From positions 54,045-118,044 of the forward strand of contig JALHMH010000013.1 of the NCBI GenBank assembly GCA_022844165.1: DNA of 64,000 nucleotides, in the 5' to 3' direction. Of this stretch, positions 41,403 to 50,075 are shown piece by piece. Numbering within the stretch: the first letter of the stretch is position 1; every line of letters starts with the position of its first letter. Origin of the DNA: Lysobacterales bacterium. Lineage in GTDB: Bacteria > Pseudomonadota > Gammaproteobacteria > Xanthomonadales > SZUA-5. A program made the position numbers and the translations under genes. The notes under the pieces are model-generated. The model had not been told where the DNA came from. It searched no databases and saw nothing but the letters and a program-made list of their open reading frames with translations.

Positions 41403-41432
41403 TTGACATCGAACGAGGCACTCGTCTAGCCT
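41403..41432 (+). promoter_or_regulatory. Sigma70 promoter of tRNA-Leu
   Basis: TTGACA-18-TAGCCT followed by GC-rich discriminator GCGCGGC. Confidence 0.6.
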
Positions 41433-41461
41433 GCGCGGCTCTTGACGGGAAGATTCGTCAA

Positions 41462-41546
<85 letters not shown>

Positions 41547-41557
41547 TGTTTGACTGG

Positions 41558-41588
41558 AAACCCGCGCTCGTCGCGGGTTTTTAGTTTT
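41558..41588 (+). terminator. Rho-independent terminator after tRNA-Leu
   Basis: AAACCCGCG-CTCGT-CGCGGGTTT followed by a T-rich tract. Confidence 0.85.
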
Positions 41589-41676
41589 CGCGCAGTGAAC
41601 GACGTCTAGCCACACGGGCTTGCGATCCGTGCTCAGGCAAAGCAATGCGCCTGCTTTCGAGTACGTACCTCTCAAA

Positions 41677-41707
41677 AACAAAACCCGCCGATAAGGCGGG
41701 TTTTGTT
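41677..41707 (-). terminator. Bidirectional intrinsic terminator after the cold-shock gene
   Basis: AACAAAACCCGCC-GATAA-GGCGGGTTTTGTT. Confidence 0.85.
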
Positions 41708-41732
41708 CAGAACTAAGGCGAAGCCGGAACGT

Positions 41733-41942
41733 TCAGACCGGCTGCACTTCCTCAGCCTGGAAGCCCTTCTGGCCCTTGACGACCTTGAAGCTCACCTTCT
41801 GGCCTTCCTTCAGGGTCTTGAAACCGTTGCCCTGGATGGCGCGGAAGTGCACGAACACGTCCTCACCGCCTTCGCGGCTGATAAATCCAAAGCCCTTGGC
41901 GTCATTGAACCACTTGACGGTGCCAACTGAACGATCCGACAT
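41733..41942 (-). CDS. Cold-shock protein (CspA family)
   Basis: [21 protein letters not shown]; ATG 41942 with GGAG RBS. Confidence 0.96.
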   Translation of the reverse strand: MSDRSVGTVKWFNDAKGFGFISREGGEDVFVHFRAIQGNGFKTLKEGQKVSFKVVKGQKGFQAEEVQPV

Positions 41943-42178
41943 CTTGAAAATCTCCAAACTCAACTGAACTAAGGGAAGCGCATCTGCGCTACCGGGATTG
42001 ACTGGGCGTGCGGGGGAATTTGCAACGAGCGGATCGAACGGATCAGCAACGGGGCTAGCGGCCTGCAAACACAGCGCAAGAAGTGTAACGGATAAATCTT
42101 CTCCATAGCTAGCACTTTTTTGCGTCGACTTTCACTTCGTTTTGGCTAGCATCAGGCGACCTGATCCCGAGAACCAAC

Positions 42179-42919
42179 ATGCGCCGATCTTCGTTTGCCT
42201 GCATTCTGCTTGCTCTTACCGCGTGCCGAACAGCAGAAGAATCAGGAAAATCCCCTATGCCCGCGGCGCCCGTTGCTGAGCCCATTCCAACGTTGCCGCA
42301 GGATCCGACGTCGCCCGTTGGCATGCCTGAACGCGATCAGGAAGGACCATTGGCGCATGCAGCGATTCGTAAGTCGATCGACGGCACATGGTTTTGGACC
42401 GGCGCTCCCGGCGAGATGGTCGCGGAGCGTGAACGTTATTTCGTCAATATAGGAAACGACGGCGTGGAACTTCAGGCCGATTGCAACCGCGGCCGAGCGT
42501 CGATTGAGCGCGACAACGATTCAGTGCGATTTGGCGCCCCTGGGTTGTCCAAGATGGGCTGTCCAGCGGGAAGCTCAGACCAGCGCTTTCTCGGCAGTCT
42601 CTCGGGCACGCATACCATGATCGCGAACGACGCCTGGGCGCTCGCAAGCAACGACAAAGGCAGCGTTGTTGGCATTTACTCGCGCAAACCTGAAGCGACA
42701 CTCAAGACCTACACATGTACGGAAGGCAGCTTTCAAGTGGGTCTTGCCGAGAGCGAAATCGCGTTATTCCTAAGAGGGCAGCTTTACACGCTGATCAAAC
42801 TTCCCGACAACGTCGAAGAGCGATGGGGCGATGGCATCTTCGAATTTCGCGGTAAAGAGGGGGCCATCACCCTGGCCGGGCGAGGCCCGACGCTGAAAGG
42901 CTGCCGCTCAACGCCGTAA
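42179..42919 (+). CDS. META/HslJ-domain lipoprotein
   Basis: Lipobox LTAC; QADCNRG...SKMGCP is the META signature. Confidence 0.75.
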   Translation: MRRSSFACILLALTACRTAEESGKSPMPAAPVAEPIPTLPQDPTSPVGMPERDQEGPLAHAAIRKSIDGTWFWTGAPGEMVAERERYFVNIGNDGVELQADCNRGRASIERDNDSVRFGAPGLSKMGCPAGSSDQRFLGSLSGTHTMIANDAWALASNDKGSVVGIYSRKPEATLKTYTCTEGSFQVGLAESEIALFLRGQLYTLIKLPDNVEERWGDGIFEFRGKEGAITLAGRGPTLKGCRSTP

Positions 42920-44023
42920 CACCGAAGAGAGCGCAGTCAGCACGGCGTCTACCGCTTCAGGACGGCTGTTCGTACCCATCAAGCCGATGCGCCAGATTTT
43001 GCCTGCCAAAGGACCAAGCCCAGCACCAATTTCGATATTGAACTCATCCAGGAGGCGTTTTCGCACTGGCAAGTCTTCGATGCCCTCGGGTATCCGCACC
43101 GCATTGAGCTGGGGCAGCCGCGCGCTTTGCGCAACGAACAATTCCAGGCCTATCGCTTGCAGCCCCTCGCACAATCGCAAGTGGTTGGCGAAGTGTCGTG
43201 CCCAGGCCTGCTCCAGACCTTCTTCTGAAACCGCAGTCAGTGCTTCGTGAAGCGCGTAGAGCATGTTGATAGGCGCTGTGTGGTGATACGTTCGTGCACC
43301 CTCGCCTTGCCAGTACGCCATCACTAACCCCAGGTCAAGAAACCAACTCTGCACAGGTGTCTTGCGCGCCTTTAACGTCGCGACTGCGCGTTCGCCGAGA
43401 CTGACTGGCGACAGTCCGGCCGGCGCCGAGAGGCATTTTTGCGAGCCCGAGTAAATCGCGTCGCAACCCCAGTCATCGACGCGCAGTTCGATACCGGCCA
43501 GACTTGTCACTGCGTCGACAATCGACAGCGCGCCGAATTCTCGCGCCAGTGCACACAAAGCCTGCGCATCAGAGCGTGCGCCCGTCGAGGTTTCGGCGTG
43601 TACGAACGCCAGCGCTTTGGCGCCAGGGTTTGCCTTTAACGCAGCCCTTGCCTTGTCCAGATCTACCGGCTGACCGAAGTCGTCCTGCACCATCACAGGT
43701 GTAGCACCGAGCCGCAAAACGTTCTCTCTCATTCGCCCGCCAAAAACACCGTTTTGGCAAACGACAACGGTATCGCCTGGCTCAATCAAATTCACAAAAC
43801 AGGTTTCCATGCCGGCCGAACCAGGCGCCGACACAGGAACCGTGAGCGCGTTGTCGGTCAAAAACGTACGCCGCAACAGTGCCTTTGTCTCGTCCATCAT
43901 CGCCACGAACCGTGGGTCCAGATGCCCGATGGATGGTTGCGCCAAAGCCTCCAGTACTCGCTGGGCTACGTTGGACGGGCCTGGGCCGAGAAGCAGGCGC
44001 TGCGGCGGAATGAAGGCTGGCAT
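42908..44023 (-). CDS. Alanine-glyoxylate/serine-pyruvate aminotransferase (class V PLP)
   Basis: LLGPGPS, VHAETSTG, VDAVTS, SGSQKCL, YHHTAP, WRIGLMG. Confidence 0.93.
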   Translation of the reverse strand: MPAFIPPQRLLLGPGPSNVAQRVLEALAQPSIGHLDPRFVAMMDETKALLRRTFLTDNALTVPVSAPGSAGMETCFVNLIEPGDTVVVCQNGVFGGRMRENVLRLGATPVMVQDDFGQPVDLDKARAALKANPGAKALAFVHAETSTGARSDAQALCALAREFGALSIVDAVTSLAGIELRVDDWGCDAIYSGSQKCLSAPAGLSPVSLGERAVATLKARKTPVQSWFLDLGLVMAYWQGEGARTYHHTAPINMLYALHEALTAVSEEGLEQAWARHFANHLRLCEGLQAIGLELFVAQSARLPQLNAVRIPEGIEDLPVRKRLLDEFNIEIGAGLGPLAGKIWRIGLMGTNSRPEAVDAVLTALSSVLRR

Positions 44024-44158
44024 AAAGTTGAGTGTGAGATCAAAGCACTGAGCCTAACAAAGCTTGGCGGAGTATTCACAACCGTCCGAAGCGCAACTTG
44101 AGCGACACCACCGCTCATAGCGGCTAACATTTGGACACCTCGACTTCCGGTCGGTCCC

Positions 44159-44590
44159 GTGATCGCTTGGATCAAATCAGTATTGAGGAAGTTTGGACTC
44201 GGCAGACATCCGACCGACGACATCGATCCTGAGCTACTCGGAGTGTTCTTCGATGAGCTTCAGGACATAACGCTAACGCTGGAACGGGCCTTTGCGATCT
44301 GGCGGATTAACGCAGCCGACGAGCGATCGCTGAAGAACCTCCGCCGAGGTTTCCACACAATAAAAAGTTCGGCGAGGTTAGTGGGTGCTGCGGACTTGGG
44401 CGAGTTTTCTCGCCAGTTCGAACTTTTGGCAATCCGCCTTCTGGAGCAGCGGACGAAGGTCTCGCCAACGATCCTCGTCAGTTTCGATCAGGCGATCGCG
44501 CTGTTGCCGGTTTTCGCTAGATCGATGCGCGATCACAAAGCGCCCCCACCGCAAACATACGTGCTCTGCAAGCGGGTAGAGCGCTTGTGA
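44159..44590 (+). CDS. Stand-alone Hpt domain protein (ChpA-like Hpt)
   Basis: LRRGFHTIKSSARLVGA with conserved His; aligns with a ChpA Hpt domain in this window. Confidence 0.8.
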   Translation: MIAWIKSVLRKFGLGRHPTDDIDPELLGVFFDELQDITLTLERAFAIWRINAADERSLKNLRRGFHTIKSSARLVGAADLGEFSRQFELLAIRLLEQRTKVSPTILVSFDQAIALLPVFARSMRDHKAPPPQTYVLCKRVERL

Positions 44591-44608
44591 GGCTCTTAGG
44601 CGACTGGT

Positions 44609-45664
44609 TTACCGGAAGCTGGCGTTCAGTTTTTCCAGCACCTCGGCGCCCGGACACAGCGCTGCCGTTTCCAGCTGATTTAAAGGCATCTGCACCGTTG
44701 TCAGATGAGAATGGAAGTCGCGCGATTCAGGGTCGACAAACAACAGACCCGTCACCACCTCGCCTTTTGCGGCATGGTGCGCGATGAAATTCATCGCCCG
44801 CAATCGATCACGCGGATCGTAGTCGGCTTCAAGCTTGCGCAAACGAATCACGCTGCCGTCATGCTGCTCGACGTCGATGACGCCCTCATCGGGTTGAATC
44901 ACTTCAATTGCCGCGCGACCTTCGATGATGTCCAGCCGATTGACCGCATCATTGTGTTCGCGCACATAGTCGTAACTCTTGGTACTTCCGCCGTGGTTGT
45001 TGAAGGCAACGCACGGACTGATGACATCAATAAACGCCGCGCCGCGATGTTTCATCGCCGCCTTGATGAGCGGCACCAGCTGCGCCTTATCGCCGGAGAA
45101 ACTGCGAGCCACAAAACTTGCGCCGAGCTGCAGCGCGAGGCTCACCAGATCCACCGGGCTGTCCGTGTTTTCTGCGCCCTTCTTACTCCTGGAGCCTTGA
45201 TCGGCGGTGGCCGAGAACTGGCCTTTGGTCAGTCCATACACACCATTGTTTTCGACGATGTAGGTCATGTCTACGCCACGCCGCATTGCGTGCACAAACT
45301 GACCAATACCGATGGACGCCGAATCGCCATCGCCCGACACGCCCAGGTACAGTAGATCGCGATTTGCCAAATACGCTCCCGTCAATACCGACGGCATGCG
45401 GCCATGCACCGTGTTAAAGCCGTGCGACTGACCCAGAAAGTAGTCCGGCGTTTTCGACGAACAACCGATTCCCGAAAGTTTGGCCACGCGGTGCGGCTCG
45501 ACATCCAGCTCCCAACATGCCTGAACGATCGAAGCCGAAATCGAATCGTGCCCGCACCCGGCACACAACGTGGAGATCTTTCCCTCGTAGTCGCGGCGCG
45601 TGAACCCAACACGGTTGCGTGTCAACGAGGGGTGGTGAAGTTTGGGTTTGGCGATGTAGGTCAT
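44609..45664 (-). CDS. 2-oxoacid:ferredoxin oxidoreductase beta subunit
   Basis: LCAGCGH, SGIGCS, HGR, GDGD TPP motif, NNGVYGLTKGQ. Confidence 0.93.
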   Translation of the reverse strand: MTYIAKPKLHHPSLTRNRVGFTRRDYEGKISTLCAGCGHDSISASIVQACWELDVEPHRVAKLSGIGCSSKTPDYFLGQSHGFNTVHGRMPSVLTGAYLANRDLLYLGVSGDGDSASIGIGQFVHAMRRGVDMTYIVENNGVYGLTKGQFSATADQGSRSKKGAENTDSPVDLVSLALQLGASFVARSFSGDKAQLVPLIKAAMKHRGAAFIDVISPCVAFNNHGGSTKSYDYVREHNDAVNRLDIIEGRAAIEVIQPDEGVIDVEQHDGSVIRLRKLEADYDPRDRLRAMNFIAHHAAKGEVVTGLLFVDPESRDFHSHLTTVQMPLNQLETAALCPGAEVLEKLNASFR

Positions 45665-45702
45665 GCGTGGGACCCAAACGGAGGCAAGACGGCGACGGAA
45701 AT

Positions 45703-45816
45703 GCGGGGCACGGGACACGGGGCACGGGATATGGGAACTGGTGCCTGTGTCGGCTCGCCAGCCGACCAGAGGCACGACCACTTCCTGTGCCCCTTACCCC
45801 GCCCCCCGTGACCCGC
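45703..45816. repeat. Inverted heptamer-repeat hairpin (GGGGCAC)n...(GTGCCCC)n
   Basis: GGGGCAC-GGGACAC-GGGGCAC-GGGATAT, an internal stem, then the complementary C-rich arm. Confidence 0.75.
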
Positions 45817-45860
45817 TTTTCTGCAGGCTCTTGACCCGCACCGCGCTATTCGAACATCCA

Positions 45861-47678
45861 TCACGCCGCCACCTCCCTTATCGCAATCGCACCCAGGCGC
45901 TCCCGAATCGCACCGGCTATGAAGCGCGCGGTGATCGGCGTACCGTCGTAGTGAAGGATGGGCGTCACGCGTGCAGGGTCCACATCGAAACTGTGAACCA
46001 ACAACGTGCGCAATTGCGCGTCGCGATTCTGCTCAATCAGGAACACATGATCGTGCGCCAGCACAAAGTCGCGCACGGTGTCGGGAAACGGATACGCACG
46101 TATGCGCATCAGATTCAGCGCCAGACCGTCGACGGCAAGGCGCTGCGCGGCCTCATGCATTGATGGACTGGTCGAGCCAAAGTACAGCACGCCGAGCGAC
46201 GTCGGCCGATGCGCGCGCTCGATGATCGGTTGCGGCACCAGTCCCTTCGCTGTTTCGAACTTCCGCTTCAAGCGATGCACATTGTCGAGATAATCCGGGC
46301 CGCGTTCGGAATAGCGAGCGTCGGCATCTTTGGTAGTACCGCGAGTGAAATAGGCGCCGCGCACGGGATGCGTGCCCGGGTAGGTTCGCCACGCGATGCC
46401 GTCACCATCGACGTCACGATAGCGGCCGAAGGGCACACCGCCTTCGAGGGCTTCTGTGTCCAGCACTTTGCCGCGCTGGAGTGTACGCCCCGCATTCCAC
46501 TGTAGCGGCGCGCACAAGCGCTGATTCATACCGATATCGAGATCGAGCATCAGAAACACGGGCGTTTGCAATTTGTCCGCCAGATCCAGCGCATCGGCGG
46601 CGAACGCGAACGATTCGTGTGGATCCTCCGGAAACAGCAGCACGTGCTGAGTGTCACCGTGCGATGCCCATGCGCAGCTCAGAATATCGGCCTGTTGAGT
46701 ACGCGTTGGCATGCCGGTGGACGGCCCACCGCGCTGCACGTTGACAATCGTCGCCGGAATTTCGGCAAAATAGGCGAGGCCCAGGAACTCGGTCATTAAC
46801 GACACGCCCGGCCCACTGGTGGCTGTGAACGCACGCGCGCCATTCCATCCGGCACCGACAACCATGCCAATCGACGCGATCTCGTCCTCTGCCTGAACAA
46901 TCGCGAATTTGCGTTTGCCATCCGCGTCGATCCGGAACTTGTGGCAGTACTTCTCGAAGGCTTCTGCGACCGAGGTCGATGGCGTGATCGGATACCACGC
47001 ACAGACCGTCGCGCCGCCGTACACGCAGCCCAATCCAGCGGCACTGTTGCCATCGATGAAGATGCGGTCACCGACATTGTCCGCGCGGACGACGCCAAAC
47101 TTCAGCGGAAACTTGAGATTGTCCTGAGCCCAGGTGCGGCCCAATCGAAACGCGTCGATATTTGGTTGCGCAAGTTGCGGTTTTCCCTTGTACTGCTCGC
47201 TCAACAGTGCTTCGACCACGGCTGGCTCGATACCGAGCAGCATCGACAGGCCACCCAGATACAGAACGTTCTTCAACAGCTGGCGCTGGCGCGGGTCGTC
47301 GTAGTGTTTGACGCACAGTGCGGACAACGGCATGCCGATGATTTCGATATCGCCCCGCATGCCCTGCGGCAATGGCTTGGTCGAATCAAAAAATAGATAC
47401 CCGCCCGCCTCGATCTCGCGCACATCCGCGTCCCATGTCTGCGGGTTCATCGCCACCATCAAATCGACGCCGCCACGCCTCCCCAGGTGCCCGGCAGCAC
47501 TGACGCGCACTTCGTACCAGGTTGGTAGACCTTGGATATTCGAAGGAAAAATGTTCCGCGGACTCACTGGTACGCCCATGCGCAAAATCGCTTTAGCGAA
47601 TAGCTCATTCGCCGAAGCCGAGCCAGAGCCGTTGACGTTGGCGAACTTGATGACGAAGTCGTTGGTGGAAGCGGTCAT
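45861..47678 (-). CDS. 2-oxoacid:acceptor oxidoreductase alpha subunit
   Basis: NVNGSGSAS, WYPITP, QAEDEI, TATSGPG, QRGGPSTGMPT. Confidence 0.93.
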   Translation of the reverse strand: MTASTNDFVIKFANVNGSGSASANELFAKAILRMGVPVSPRNIFPSNIQGLPTWYEVRVSAAGHLGRRGGVDLMVAMNPQTWDADVREIEAGGYLFFDSTKPLPQGMRGDIEIIGMPLSALCVKHYDDPRQRQLLKNVLYLGGLSMLLGIEPAVVEALLSEQYKGKPQLAQPNIDAFRLGRTWAQDNLKFPLKFGVVRADNVGDRIFIDGNSAAGLGCVYGGATVCAWYPITPSTSVAEAFEKYCHKFRIDADGKRKFAIVQAEDEIASIGMVVGAGWNGARAFTATSGPGVSLMTEFLGLAYFAEIPATIVNVQRGGPSTGMPTRTQQADILSCAWASHGDTQHVLLFPEDPHESFAFAADALDLADKLQTPVFLMLDLDIGMNQRLCAPLQWNAGRTLQRGKVLDTEALEGGVPFGRYRDVDGDGIAWRTYPGTHPVRGAYFTRGTTKDADARYSERGPDYLDNVHRLKRKFETAKGLVPQPIIERAHRPTSLGVLYFGSTSPSMHEAAQRLAVDGLALNLMRIRAYPFPDTVRDFVLAHDHVFLIEQNRDAQLRTLLVHSFDVDPARVTPILHYDGTPITARFIAGAIRERLGAIAIREVAA

Positions 47679-47710
47679 GGCGCGGGCGCCTCCTGGGGCG
47701 CTTCAAAAGC

Positions 47711-47834
47711 GGGGCTCGGGGCACGGGGTACGGGGTACGGGAATTTGTGCAGCGCCTTCGCGCTCCGGGCATATGGCAAACGCACAGAGGCTAGAGCCAA
47801 ATTCTCGGGCCCCGCGCCCCGTGCCCCGTGCCCC
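47711..47834. repeat. Inverted heptamer-repeat hairpin (GGGGYAC)n...(GTGCCCC)n
   Basis: GGGGCTC-GGGGCAC-GGGGTAC-GGGGTAC-GGGAATTTG ... CAAATTCTC-GGGCCCC-GCGCCCC-GTGCCCC-GTGCCCC. Confidence 0.8.
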
Positions 47835-47837
47835 ACT

Positions 47838-49625
47838 TCACGCCGCATGCGTCATCTCCAACAAAAACTTCTGCATATCCCATGCCCCGGTCGGGCAGCG
47901 CTCTGCGCAGAGCCCGCAGTGCAGGCAAAGGTCCTCGTCCTTGATCATCGACCTGCCTGTCTTCAAACCATCGGCCACGTACAAATCCTGAGTGAGGTTC
48001 TTCGCCGGCGCCATCAGTCGTGCACGCAAATCCGACTCGTCGCCGTTGACCGTGAAAGTGATGCAATCCATCGGGCAGATATCGACACACGCGTCGCACT
48101 CAATGCACTTATTAAGCGTGAATACCGTTTGCACGTCGCAGTTCAGACAGCGCTGGGCTTCTTTGAACGCGAGCTTCGGATCGAAGCCGAGCTCTACTTC
48201 GGTCTTGATGTTGTTCAGTGTGATCTCACTCGGCGCCCATGGCACTTTGTTGCGCGCAGCATTGTTGATGTCGTTGTCGTAGCTCCATTCGTGGATGCCC
48301 ATCTTTTGCGACACCAAGGTCACGCCGGGCGCTGGACGCGGCAGCAGCGACTCACCGCGCACGAATCGATCGATGCTGATCGCCGCCTCGTGGCCGTGCG
48401 CCACGGCCCAAATGATGTTCTTCGGTCCGAACGCAGCATCACCACCAAAAAACACGTTGGGCAAAGTCGACTGGTGCGTTGCGGCATCGAGTACCGGCAA
48501 TCCCCAACGATCAAACTCCAGCCCGAGATCGCGCTCGATCCACGGGAAGGCGTTTTCCTGGCCGACCGCGATCAACACATCATCGCAATCGATCACCACA
48601 TCGCCCTCGCCCGTTGGCACCAACTGCCGCTGCCCACGCGCATCAAGTTCCGGCTTTACTGGCTGAAAACGCATGCCGATCAGACGCCCTTGGTCGTGCA
48701 GGAACTCCAGCGGAACAAGGAAATTGCGAATCGGGATGCCCTCATGGATCGCGTCCTCTTTTTCCCAGGGGCTGGCTTTCATTTCTTCGAAGCCCGAGCG
48801 CACCGCCACGGTCACCTCGAGCCCACCCAGGCGCCGCGCCGAGCGACAGCAGTCCATCGCCGTATTGCCGCCGCCAAGCACAATCACGCGGCGACCGATC
48901 TCTGCGATATGACCGAAGGAAACCGATGCCAGCCAGTCGATGCCGAGGTGAATATTCGCCTTGGCTTCGGCGCGTCCCGGTAGCAGCAAGTCTCGCCCAC
49001 GCGGAGCGCCACAGCCAATGAACACCGCATCAAAACCCTGATCGATCAACGCACCAAGCGAATCTATTCGTTGCCCGGCTATGAAGTGCACATGCCCACG
49101 CGTCGCGTAAGCGACTTCTTCATCGATGACACTCTCCGGCAGACGAAATCGCGGAATCTGGGAGCGAATAAAGCCGCCCGCCTTTGCTTCGGCATCGAAG
49201 ATCGTGATCTCGTATCCCAGCGGGGCCAGATCGCGCGCCACGGTCAAAGATGCGGGGCCCGCACCCACACAGGCAATACGCTTGCCGTTTGGTGGTACGT
49301 CAAGCGGCGGCATCAAAGACGAGATATCGCCCTTGTAGTCCGCGGCCACGCGTTTAAGCCGGCAAATCGCCACCGGCTCCGGTGCATGACCGGCGCTTTC
49401 TTCCACCCGTCCACGCCGACATGCCGGCTCGCACGGCCGATCGCAGGTGCGCCCCAGGATCCCCGGAAACACATTCGATTTCCAGTTCACCATGTACGCG
49501 TCCGCGTAACGCTCCGCAGCGATCAGGCGGATGTATTCCGGGACCGGCGTGTGCGCAGGACATGCCCACTGACAATCGACGACCTTATGGAAGTAATTCG
49601 GCGCACCGATATCCGTCGACTGCAT
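47838..49625 (-). CDS. GltD-like FAD/NAD(P) Fe-S oxidoreductase with C-terminal ferredoxin domain
   Basis: CQWACP, GRTCDRPCEPAC, GAGPA, GGGNTAMD, CIECDACVDICP, CLHCGLCAERCP; ATG 49625 with GGAGG RBS. Confidence 0.92.
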   Translation of the reverse strand: MQSTDIGAPNYFHKVVDCQWACPAHTPVPEYIRLIAAERYADAYMVNWKSNVFPGILGRTCDRPCEPACRRGRVEESAGHAPEPVAICRLKRVAADYKGDISSLMPPLDVPPNGKRIACVGAGPASLTVARDLAPLGYEITIFDAEAKAGGFIRSQIPRFRLPESVIDEEVAYATRGHVHFIAGQRIDSLGALIDQGFDAVFIGCGAPRGRDLLLPGRAEAKANIHLGIDWLASVSFGHIAEIGRRVIVLGGGNTAMDCCRSARRLGGLEVTVAVRSGFEEMKASPWEKEDAIHEGIPIRNFLVPLEFLHDQGRLIGMRFQPVKPELDARGQRQLVPTGEGDVVIDCDDVLIAVGQENAFPWIERDLGLEFDRWGLPVLDAATHQSTLPNVFFGGDAAFGPKNIIWAVAHGHEAAISIDRFVRGESLLPRPAPGVTLVSQKMGIHEWSYDNDINNAARNKVPWAPSEITLNNIKTEVELGFDPKLAFKEAQRCLNCDVQTVFTLNKCIECDACVDICPMDCITFTVNGDESDLRARLMAPAKNLTQDLYVADGLKTGRSMIKDEDLCLHCGLCAERCPTGAWDMQKFLLEMTHAA

Positions 49626-49689
49626 TGAGAGCCCTCCCGGCCCGGCTGTCACCGGCGTGCAATGTACGGGATTGGCCACAGAGATTCCA

Positions 49690-49928
49690 GCGAGGCTTCG
49701 CCTCAGACCGCCGAGCATTGCTGGCTTCGTCCGACAGCGTACTCGCCACAACCCCGCGCTTCGTATTTCCGGCCCAGCGGCGCAGCCGCCGGGCGTTCGA
49801 CTCGGCACACGCCTGCGGCGTGTCAGCGCCGAGTCTCACCCCCATGACTCAAGGGGCTGCAAAAGCCAAAGCCGCTCCGCAGCGAATTTGACTCAAATGT
49901 ACAGATCCGGCTCCGTCAAGGACGCTAG
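49690..49928 (-). repeat. Dispersed ~240-bp structured intergenic element, copy B
   Basis: Reverse complement aligns end to end with 31243-31480. Confidence 0.9.
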
Positions 49929-50075
49929 TGAGGTGCGTGTTGATTGGAAGCTGCATCTGGCTGGCGCGACGACACATGGCACTGACGTTTTTTGCCCAGA
50001 GAAATTGCTGTCGTTTCTCCCGCGTCCATACGAATCCGGAGTCGATGCATCCCGCATCGGCCATTGGAGACCACC

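Noticed and set aside
49626-49808. N-terminal extension of the GltD-like ORF (start 49808)
   Set aside because: It reads through repeat copy B; ATG 49625 has a good RBS and the family-typical start
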